Assembly: GCF_006345805.1 (NCBI RefSeq) | Contig: NW_021832380.1 | Span: 124,001-188,000, forward strand | DNA: 64,000 nt | DNA from: Octopus sinensis | Lineage: Eukaryota | Direction: 5' to 3' | Part shown: positions 1 to 10,089 of the stretch, in pieces | How positions within the stretch are numbered: the stretch's first letter is position 1 | Layout: every line of letters begins with the position of its first letter | Translations under genes and position numbers: made by a program | The notes under the pieces: generated by a model | The model's database searches: none | Told to the model about the DNA's origin: nothing | Seen by the model: only the letters and a program-made list of their open reading frames with translations

Positions 1-599
1 CGTTTCTGAGTTTTTCGTCCTTGGTCGCGTCCTCTCCTTCAGTACACATTCAAGTGTGTCAAATTGCTATTTGAAAGTTGCTGATTATTGTGTTCTCTGT
101 CTTCGGATTCGAGTTTTGTCGTGTTGGTATTAAAGACCGAAATGGTTTTTAAGGTCGCCTATTTGGTGCATCTCTCACAGCAAGCTCTCTTCTTGCAGTC
201 AACTACGACTTCTATTTGAAAACTCAAAAATTGCGAAGAGTGGTGAGCAGTTCGTAAATGTGAAATACATAAATGAAACATCTATTCAAAAATAAAAATG
301 AAATTATTCAGAAAATTAGAAATATGGCACTTTCTGGACAGACTATTAAGGTCAAGACCATTAAAATAGCAGAATGAAAATAAAAGGATAAACACAACTT
401 ACCAGATGTCGGTATCTACTGACAGGCGACATGTATAAACTCTTTTCCTGATAGCTTTTAGGTCATTCTCAACAACAGCAGGTCCGTAGTTATGTCGTCT
501 AATTAATATTCTTAACGTTTACTTGTTTGTTTACAATAAACCCTACGTAACAACGTCGGACTAGCAAACCTGAGACCCCCAAAACTTGAAAAAAAGGTA

Positions 600-1208
600 T
601 CAATTATAAAAGTCACCACGATGTTGATCATGGCGTTTTTTCTTGTCTTTCTGTCTTCGATTACAAAACCACACTCGGAGAATGTCGATCTGGATTCCGA
701 GATAGTGGGACGCACGTGTCATTTCAAGATTTGAAGGCTTTTGGCAATTGCGGTATAGTTTGTGTAAATATTCTTTGGCATCCTCAGTAAAGCAAGTCCT
801 CTTCCGGCGTTTATAATTATACTTCTCTACAACTCGACATTTCATACTCAATTCGAAGTAATCCCGTTGGGGACAGTCTTGGGAACTTGTGATTGCCACT
901 AAAAAATAGTTGAGAATATCCATCAATTTTGCCATAGACGAAAGTGAGAGTTTTTGAGATTCAAATCGACAAATAGTCGTTTGTGAGACTGTAAAACCGT
1001 ACTTCTCAAGCATAGAGGACACGGCCGACTGCGTGAGTCCCAATTTGTTCCTCTCGCACCTGAAATAATATGTGAATCGAAATATCTTGTCATTCACGTG
1101 TTCACTTTGTTCTGTAAAAACATGATCATCCAACATGCCTTGAATTGAAGAGTCGTCACATAGATCAGACCACTGGTAAAAATTTGGATTGCCATAATTT
1201 TGATTCAT
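600..1208 (-). CDS. POU-domain homeobox transcription factor, intronless, most similar to class III
   Basis: POU-specific motif LGLTQSAV...SQTTICRFE and homeodomain RRKRT...KPS...LRVWFCNRRQK. First ATG at 1208 (the ORF track starts at a TTG); TATATAAA at 1233-1240 on the minus strand. Confidence 0.92.
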   Translation of the reverse strand: MNQNYGNPNFYQWSDLCDDSSIQGMLDDHVFTEQSEHVNDKIFRFTYYFRCERNKLGLTQSAVSSMLEKYGFTVSQTTICRFESQKLSLSSMAKLMDILNYFLVAITSSQDCPQRDYFELSMKCRVVEKYNYKRRKRTCFTEDAKEYLHKLYRNCQKPSNLEMTRASHYLGIQIDILRVWFCNRRQKDKKKRHDQHRGDFYN

Positions 1209-1732
1209 AATGCATTTTAGCGCTAATAACGATTTATATACTTCCAAGTATTACACAGCCAAATCTATGAAATGCACATCTGAAAATTCGACGGTAAATT
1301 TGCAAAACATTTGAATTTTCATTCATAACGCGAAGCAATATGTTTCGTTCAATACACACGCAAATACTTTCGTCTGATACTATCCAACAAACAAAGTATT
1401 CTTTGCCAACTGCATACCAATACTACTTACTCAGAAATAGCCAGTATTTTCAGATAATTAGAATATCACTATGCTGATTCTTATTTGTGTCATTTCTTTG
1501 AGTTTTTAAAGTTTTCAAACAAAATCATTTTAGTAAAAACCTGTAATCCATTATTCAGAAGTGACTGTGGTTAAACTGGAGGATAAAATTTTAAATTCCG
1601 TCGATTCTTCAATTTTTTTACGAAATCGGTTCTTGTTCTCTCTTGATTTTCTAAACTGCGTGGCTGGTGCATATGAAGGCTCAGGTACATACGTTCCTGT
1701 ATTTTCGCGGTAGCGCTGTTACTACTTAATAA

Positions 1733-2080
1733 AAGAACGAGAATACCGCTAATTCATACAACCATTAATATTGAGAATGCATTAATTAAATTTGAAAAAG
1801 TCAATCAATTATGAATGGTGTAAACTTTACTAACTTAATAAAAATATACCGTATATACTCGCGTCAAGCCGGCTTTAGAACTATGAAAAACACTCACCAA
1901 ATTATGAGGTCGACTTATATGCCCATCAGATAGACGGGACATAAAAATATGTGATACTAAACAACTTATTAGATCGTGCAAAAGAACGATAACACCGCTG
2001 ATTCGTACAACCATAAATATTGAAAGTGCACTAATTAAATTTATAAAAGTAAATCAGATATAGATGGTGTAAAGTTTACA
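1733..2080 (+). repeat. Imperfect direct repeat of ~95 bp (about 1733-1830 and 1982-2080)
   Basis: AAAGAACGA..ACCGCT.ATTC.TACAACCAT.AATATTGA...TAATTAAATTT...ATGGTGTAAA.TTTAC occurs twice about 250 bp apart. Confidence 0.8.
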
Positions 2081-2259
2081 CTGTAAACAAAAAAGAATGT
2101 CCTATATGGCTTCTTTTAAACTAAAGGTAGTGAGAGCCCTCCAAAACAAGCAATCTTGAATCTTTCGAATTGATGACAATTACTCTCTGGAATTAGTGTC
2201 CTGTATTCCCACTGGTAACGTAAACTTATGGGTCGACGTATATGCGAGAATATAGCGTA
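1847..2259. mobile_element. Degenerate Tc1/mariner-superfamily (pogo/Tc2-like) MITE
   Basis: Left end TACCGTATATACTCGCGTCAAGCCG; right end GGTCGACGTATATGCGAGAATATAGCGTA is an imperfect inverse; TA termini; internal GGTCGACTTATATGC subterminal motif. Confidence 0.6.
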
Positions 2260-2835
2260 TTTTATGCTAAATTAAGGGCAACAATAGGAGGGGAATGAAT
2301 CACAGAACTCCTTGGATTCCCCGCACCAACAGACCTTGAATAACCATTTCAAAAAAGTGAAATAAATCAGAAATATTAGAATCAACAGTCGAGGAATTCA
2401 GCGGCCATAAGCACGTCCAGAAGGGCTGCGGAATCCAAAGGAAACTCAGCAGTGACTCCAGACTTTAAGGCACTGGAGCAGTACTGAAAGTAGTCGCAGA
2501 CTTTACTGAGAACATGTGATCTAATTAAAGTCGAATGACTCGATACGGGATATCCATAAACGTAATTTCATTCTTTTCTTTCTCAGAAGAAACGACTACG
2601 AGTTACTTAGGTGAGTAACCTGGTCCGTCAAGCATTGCTTTAATTGTCCCCGATCGGACAGCATATTTCCTCTTGACTATAAATTCGAATCCATCCGAAG
2701 ATATGAGTTTTATATACATCGAATTAGGACCTTCAATCTGTCCAATTTCAGGCTCATAATCAGACTGACATTCCATCACCAACGCAACAACTACTTTTAA
2801 ATATGTATTTGTTAATAAATTAATTCAAATGTAAT

Positions 2836-3433
2836 TTATTTATAACTAAAATCAAATAAGTAATTAAAAGCACCTCCAAACGCCCTAATTTATAGTGTCA
2901 AAATAAAACCCTAAACTAGCACCAAGACCAAGTCCCACTGCAGAAGCCCTCAGCCCACGAGGAACACAATACAACAACCCGGCCGTGCCTTGAAATAAAC
3001 AAAAATGACCCCAAACCACATCCAATAGAATATTCAAGAATAACGTGCTCTTTTCCATAAAGTCGGGTAGCTTCGATGGCGAGCATGGCCGTGGAGACCA
3101 AAAAGAACACTTTTTTGCCCCAGAAGAAGCCATATCGCATTCCCCCCAGCAGCAGTGTATCGTAGTACTGTTTCTTGAGTAGTAGACATTAACTATCATT
3201 ACCGACGCATCTGCCTTGGTTTTGAAAACGGTGATGACATTTTGTTCACGGAATTTAGCGGCTGCCATTCTTACTCCGTAAGGAAAGTAGAGGGCGGAGA
3301 CAATTAGTCCGGACTGGAGACTGCAGAATAAAATATTTTTTAGTTTTTCTCCAAATTCTGCATTTCTTAAATGGGATGATCAATTTTACTGAGTTGTTGT
3401 ATTAAAGCTATTCGGAACGACACTGGAATTCAT
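2836..3433 (-). CDS. TIMMDC1: Complex I assembly factor TIMMDC1 (Tim17/22/23 family), multi-exon
   Basis: Splicing introns 3366-3389 (24 nt), 3174-3202 (29 nt), a 28-nt and a 25-nt intron gives MNSSVVP...AAAKFREQ...GGMRYGFFWGKK...GTAGLLYCVPRGLRASAVGLGLGASLGAFGG, matching the TIMMDC1 RYGWRW / GLRG pattern. Confidence 0.75.
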
Positions 3434-3617
3434 TTTGAATTTAATATTTATGATTAAATACTTATTTCCGATAATAATTAAAAAACATCTCCACCTGTAG
3501 ACTGGTCCCCTTGAACTACCACCAAGATGTGTTATTCCAACTAATATACAACCAAATCAAGCATAAAGCGTGAAATTGTACATTAAATGAAATTGATTAT
3601 GCATTTCCCACATTGTA

Positions 3618-6259
3618 ATGAAAGGTATGACTGGGGTGGAGTAACATCTAGGCACAACTGCACTCCCCCAGCCAAGCGAACTCCCTAAAACAATCAAACA
3701 CATCGACATTTATTCCAAAATATTGACAGGTAGTACATTTTCTCGACTACTGCAGACCTGAATGTCCCCAATTTGGTACGTAGAAAGCAGTCATTCGAGT
3801 TTCTCTTATCGCTTTGGACTATGGGAATGCAGGGAAGGGCCACCGTCCTCCACCTTCTTGACATGTGGACAGTTATAATCCGAAAAACTTAAATTTCTAG
3901 GCAAATCCCAAGAAGCCCAGATTCCACCGCCTCGTGGAAGAATTGGACACTCCGAACGACGGATACAAGCTTGTAGTGATGCGTATGATCAACACCATTG
4001 CGGGGGACTGTGCAGAGAAGGACGTGCTTGATATATTCTCAGGTTGTTGTCTGAAACACGTCTAGTTAAAGAATTTGACGTTTACTTTGAAAAAATTAAG
4101 TATTTTACACATTTTCATGTTTGCAGACAAAGTAGATTTGCGTGCCTGCAAAACGAGTGGGAGAAACTCAAACATTTTGGAAAACAAGAACAGAACACAG
4201 ACATTAGAGAAATGACTAATCAAATCACCGAGAAAATACTCGGAAGGGTTGTCGGTCCTCAAACAGAATAGATCAAAGAGGAGGATCACCTCTGTCTTAT
4301 TCACGTTCTCAACAGCCTTTGGAAATATTCAAACGATCAAGGAAATTTAGAAAACTTCGAATATACCCCACAGAAGCCTAAAAAGTCTTTTTCCGACTCG
4401 GCCACTCAAACTGACCTTCAAAGTACTGATCAGAGTAGTCAGTCAAGTCACGTGTTTTTAGGTGTGAGTTACAACGAAAAAATTGAAGACATTGCATTGT
4501 CCACTCCAATTCCTGTCCAACAGACAGGGTCTCCCACTTCTAGTGAGTCCCTCCATAACTCAATTCCTCCCCCACCGACTCCACTTTTTTTTCTGAGTCC
4601 CAAAAGTCAGTCGGTGAAGAAGGAAATGGTCCCTAAACCGACCAATAAACTGCGAAGTATACGATGGAGGAAAATAGAAGACAGACGCATCAACACGACA
4701 TCACTTTGGTCAAATCAAGACAAAGTCAGGAGAATTGTCAGTAGCCTGGATTGGCAGAAAATGGAAAACATGTTTGCAGAGGATCACGCCAGATCTGTCC
4801 AAAGCTCGTTCAAAACGAAAAAACCTCGCGTAAGTTAAACCTGACATTATAGTCTAAATTACTTGGTTCCAAAAGGAGTCTGTGTGTGAACATATTTGTC
4901 CGACAGTTTCGCATTCCCGTCGATGATATAATTGCCAATATCTCTAAATGGGACTCATATTCTTTCACTGGAGACCAACTAAAGGATTTGTCTTCACTAC
5001 TCCCCTCTCAAGACGAGGTAGAGCTGTCTTCGGAACCAATAGATCACTGCTATAACCGAAGGGGTGAAAAACGGACTCGTCTTAGAGGACGGCGAACTTT
5101 TTTTGGCCAAGCTTATTCGTTTACAAAAGTAGATTACAAACTTAAATCACAGCTACGAAATACGGGTCGAAGCGATGCTGCTCGTGGAAGAATTCGCAGT
5201 CTCCGCCAGCCACATTAAAGACTCAGTCGAACTTACCATCGAAGCCTGTGAAGGTATGACTCACTGCCGCAGTTCCAGCAATACTCAAGAACGAGGAACT
5301 ACACGACTTGCTCATTCGAGTGCTCGTCGTTGGCAATTATTTGAACTACGTACTTTATGTTGTATATTTTGAGGGAAAGAGTCACGGTAATGCCAGTGCC
5401 TTCTCCATATTCTCGCTTAACCAGGTATGGGAGACCAAGACCAACCGAGTGGGATACAATCTGCTTCACTGCTTGGTTGAGGTTTGAGTTATGTACGATT
5501 GTGGGACTTGGAGGATAAACACGTGTCCTTTACAAATGAAGTTCACAAACTCGCGAATGTAGAAAAGTTTATATTTGGCTTATTTTGACAGAGCTATGAC
5601 CGATACTTCAAAAAAAGGGTTTCAACTCCTGAAGCACCGACTGGAGGACGTGGTGGATAAAACTAAGCAAATTGAAAACGACCCTGAATTGGTTGAACAA
5701 ATTGCAAACATTAAATTTGTTATTTAAATATTTAATGTGGCAGAATTTGGAAAAACAAATCACAGTCACAGAACATTCACTTTTGGAGTACGAAAAAAAG
5801 AAAAAGGAGTTGGCAGATTTTTTTAGTGAATCTTACAACACATTCAACGTTAGCGAGGTTTTTGGTGTCTTAAAAGTCTTTCTCATCAAATTTTCCAAGT
5901 GTTGTGAGGTAAATGGTTCTTTAATCGTTTAGGAGATTAAAGCTGATAAAATTCGTAGAGAAAACAAAGCCCAAAGACCTCAACAAGGACCACAGAAACT
6001 ACGGAAAAAAAGTGACCAGGAAATATTCGATATTTTGAGCAAAATTGAGGTGAACCGAGAACTCTGCCCATTTAATCGACATTCCAAAAATCATATCGTA
6101 AAATTGGAATCTAAAAACTCCTGTTCGTTCTCAATGAACAAACTGACTGAAGTCGCATGTTTTGAAAAACCAAATGCAATTAAAAATGTGAATAAAATAA
6201 ATATAAACTTTTTAGGGGAAATCTTATATTCCGAGATATACGAGAAGAGACGCATATAA
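3618..6259 (+). CDS. INF2-like formin (DID/FH3, short FH1, FH2), many micro-introns
   Basis: DID-like VRRKQSFEFLLSL and RFHRLVEEL...VVMRMINTI; PPPPTP; FH2 motifs KLRSIRWRKI, LDWQKMENMF, NIFVRQFR, VLVVGNYLN, NLLHCLVE. Start and end approximate. Confidence 0.85.
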
Positions 6260-6599
6260 AATGGACGAAAACTCGGTAGGCTAACTGACTTATAACTAAA
6301 TAAAATGTATTTTTGATACTGGTCCACAAAAGCATATTTAATCAACCTGACATAACTTGAGGCTTAATTTCCTCTAAATCAAGTGAAAATTTGATGAGCA
6401 ATCTCAATTATTTGTGATTATTAAGCTGAAATGCAGTGGCAAAATTAGTCGAATAATTGTAAATTTATAATGCATTCGTCTATTCTCAGCATTTAGAATG
6501 GTTAGTTTGTATTTTTCGTTTGGGCAAACTTTCCTAAATTTTCTTCAAATCAATGCGCAGTTTTCATGCCAATTTTTCAATAATAAAATATTTTTAAAG

Positions 6600-7380
6600 A
6601 TTGAACTTATCGGGCTATTTGAGAATGCCTCCGTGCAGGTCGCTGCGAAGGCAGCGGTGTCTGGTTAAAGGCTCTCCCTCTCCTTTCCATCGGGAACCTG
6701 GTGGACAAGGAATGCCTAAGAATTGCAATCTCCCTCCGTGTCGGGCTGAAAATCAGCCAGACGCACAAATGCCGTTGTGGGGGTACTGTTGACGAGTACG
6801 GTTTGCATCCCCTCGCTTGCCGGCGGAGTGCCGGTCGTGCCCCCCTCACAGTGAACTCAACTCAGTCATACAGAGAGCCCTCGCTTCAGCTGGCATCCCG
6901 TCAATCCTTGAACCTGTTGGATTGGATAGAGGGGATGGCAACTCCCAGACGGCATGTCCACCTTCCCATATGAGCAGGGGAAATCCCTTATTTGGGATTC
7001 TACCTGTTCGGACACGTTCTCGCTGGAAATCTCGCTCTTCCGCCGCCAATCCTGGGCACGCTTCGGGCAGGCCGAGGAGCGAAAGATTCTCAAGTACGGC
7101 CACCTCTCCAACTCGCTGTTCTTTACTCCAATTGCCGTGGGTCCTCGGGATCTTCGCCCCAAGACACTCCCTTCCTTCGCTCGCTCGGTCGACGGATTTC
7201 AAGGACTAGCCACGATCCAAGGAGTATTTTTGGCTTTTGTTTGGTGCGAACGTCGTCGATTGCTGTGATCCGAGGGAACGGCTTCGCCATTCGCGAGGCT
7301 GGCCGGGTGTCTCGTGAGGCCTTTAATTAGCTTGCTATCTTTTACTTTTAGATATCGTTTTTCGTGAAAAAAAAATTGAG
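6600..7380 (+). mobile_element. 5'-truncated CRE-clade non-LTR retrotransposon (zinc knuckle plus REL endonuclease), frameshifted
   Basis: HKCRCG...GLHPLACRRSAG, HSELNSVIQRAL...EPVGLDRGDG, WDSTCSD, AEERKILKY, PIAV, SIAVIRGN; A-run near 7370. Confidence 0.85.
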
Positions 7381-7506
7381 AATTATTAGTTAGACTACGT
7401 CATTTACGTCTTATAAGATTTTTTTTCAGGTTAATTAAATATTATAATATAAATTTATTTTATTTGTTTACTTCTTTTTAAATATTTAAATACATTTTGG
7501 AAAGCA

Positions 7507-9961
7507 ATGTTAACGAAGTACACACAACAGCAAAAAGATGGGCAAGTCCCCACACAACTACATCTCACGTATATCCATCCTCGAATTCCCGAGTCCACTG
7601 ATCAGCAGATGAACACCATAGAACAACTGATACACGCAGTCCTCTACAATGACGACCTCCCCTCTCTCTGGGCGGCCTATAAGGCAATCAACGTCATACA
7701 CACCACGGGGACGGGAGACCAACTCATCAAACTGCTCAACACCCAAATCGACCAACGACTAGACCACTTTCACACGGAAATCCAACCTGTCGAATCAGTA
7801 AGACATCAGTCCCCCATTTCCAGGCCGAGGTCTCCTCTTTTGAGTTCTTTCTACAAAAAGTGACCTCATTCTGGTCTTTCTACCGTAAACAAACTGTATT
7901 GGACTGTTTTTACTGACAGGAACTCCTCGCTTCGGTATTTGTGGAATTCGACCGACTGATTTCCCCCAAAAGAGGAGTCCTGAGGATATCACGAGACCAA
8001 TTCGTCGACCGAGTGTTATGTCCTCTCAAGTCCTCTTACCTTGCCTCACTCAACGGACTTCTCGTGGTAGAACGGAATTACGGCAGGAACATCGAACTGA
8101 CCTCCAAAGGAATCCAACTGCTTACAACTCTGGACATTGAGGAGTCCTACGCACTCGAGTCACTTTGTGAGTGTCTGGATGCCTATTTCAGGAAGGAGGC
8201 AGACTACAAGTTTGCTCGTCTGAGTGTGGGTGGGTGGTTTTAGTAGTCTAGACTCTCGGACTTATCGAATATGTCGAGGGAAAGATCGAGGCTGAAGAAA
8301 AGAGTTTTTCTCGCTTTCGAGATGTCAGGGAAATGTATTTGTATTTTACTAATTTAGTCTTGGCCGTCGAATCCACTCGCTCTTGGTGTCTGAGAGAATG
8401 GGAGATTTCACGGGAAAACGATTAGAAATATTAATGGAGGAGAATGACATAATCACCATAACTAGACTGGATACGCTGTTTAGAAAGCATGGACTGGAAA
8501 GTCAGTTGGTGGACTCAATGTGTGCGTATTTTGGTGTTGGGGTTGTTTGGATGAATTGGCAGAACTGTTTGGGAGGGGTCGTCCGTTCTTTCAATTCAGG
8601 GAAGTTGTTAGAGGACTTGTTTATCCCCAAGCTTTCGGGTATTTGTGATGAATAAAGCAGGTGTCATAAACACTGCCCTCTCTCTCGTCCGGGCTGTTTT
8701 CAAGGACACGAGCGACCTCGAGAGAAACATTCATTTGTGTGTGGAGAACGCACTTTGTCCAGTACACAAGACTGTCCCCGTCATTCTCAGTACATTCTCT
8801 ACTGACATATAGATAAATACATCTGTCGACTATTGGGGAATGCAGTATGTCAGTTTAGTATTTGTAGAAGGGTGATTTGCGGAAACAAGTGGATGACTGC
8901 ATTTACGTTATTTCATGTCTCCGGGGTATTGGATGATTCGATTTTAGACGCAATTGACGACTTTATGAACGGATATATCAACGACACGAGTCAGAGACTG
9001 ATCTATGGGGAGTATGGGTCATTGGAGGATGAGAATTTGATGTTCACAAAACTAAAGAAAGGCAATTCCACACACAGAGTTTAGAGATCGGATCACTCCA
9101 GGTCGACGGATTGGGAAAGTTGTTCAAAAACTACAAATCCGCCCTCAAAAGGACTAACGAGTTCAAGTCGACGGAGAATGGGCCGTTCTATCCACTGGCA
9201 ATCTACACAGGCAGTTGGGGCAGTTCGACGTGGATGAATCCCGAAGTGGTCGAGTTGCGTCTCCCCCCGTCGGTTGTCTGCTGCCACTGACACTCAGTTC
9301 ATTGCCATGAGGGACAGATTTGAGGAGTTCTATCGGCTCACAGCAGAGTCCTGCAAGTTGACGTGGATTAACAGGCTGGATAAATGTGTTTTCCACGTTT
9401 ATTTTGAGGTAAAGTTTGTCGGTAGTTGTTTAGGGAGGAATGAAAGTGGTGGAGATGACTCTTCCTCAGGCTGTCGTGTTCTTGTTGTTTGATTGGGCTG
9501 ACCGGATGAGTCTCCGCGAGATAGCCGAGGGGAGTGGACTGGAGGAGGATGTTCTCTCTGCAGTGTTGGGGACCCTCACCAAGTCGGGAATTCTCTTGTG
9601 GAGTGAGGAGGATGGTGAGTATTCCTTCAATTCGGACTTTGACTGTCCTGGGAGGTGGGTGAGAGTGCCGTTGGTGGAGGGAGAACTCCATTGCGAGGGG
9701 ACTGGGAGAGTCATGTCCACCAAAGATAGAATGTCCGTGTTGGAGGCTGTCGCTGTGATGATGTTCAAATCCCAGAGGAGTATGGGATATTCTACTGTGT
9801 TGACGGAGTTGAGTCGTCTTGTCAAGTTCGAAATCGAGGTCGACTTGACGTGCTATTTTTAGGAATCCGAGGTTAAGGAGCTTGTTGAGCGTCTAATTGG
9901 CCGTGGATATGTTGAACGGGACCTAGAAACGGTTGATTTGTACAATTATAAACATTCTTGA
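7507..9961 (+). CDS. Divergent cullin (CUL4-like C-terminus), multi-exon
   Basis: C-terminal cullin homology and neddylation domains: TLPQAVVFLLF...SLREIAEGSGL...FNSDF, KDRMSVLEAVAVMMFK, spliced tail ELVERLIGRGYVERD; stop TGA 9959-9961. Confidence 0.8.
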
Positions 9962-10089
9962 TTTATGTTTTTTGCGTTTGTTCTGATTAAAATATAACGA
10001 GCATTATTAGGAATGCGTTTGATAAATGTATAATAATTGGAATGTTGGGTGTTAATAATAATTGGGTGTTAATAATTTTGTGTGGTGAA

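Noticed and set aside
512-715. 67-aa ORF overlapping the POU 3' end, with a possible 24-nt intron at about 499-522
   Set aside because: The spliced frame stops after about 12 codons and there is no recognisable motif. An exon-like segment at 403-498 may belong to a gene leaving the window but cannot be supported.
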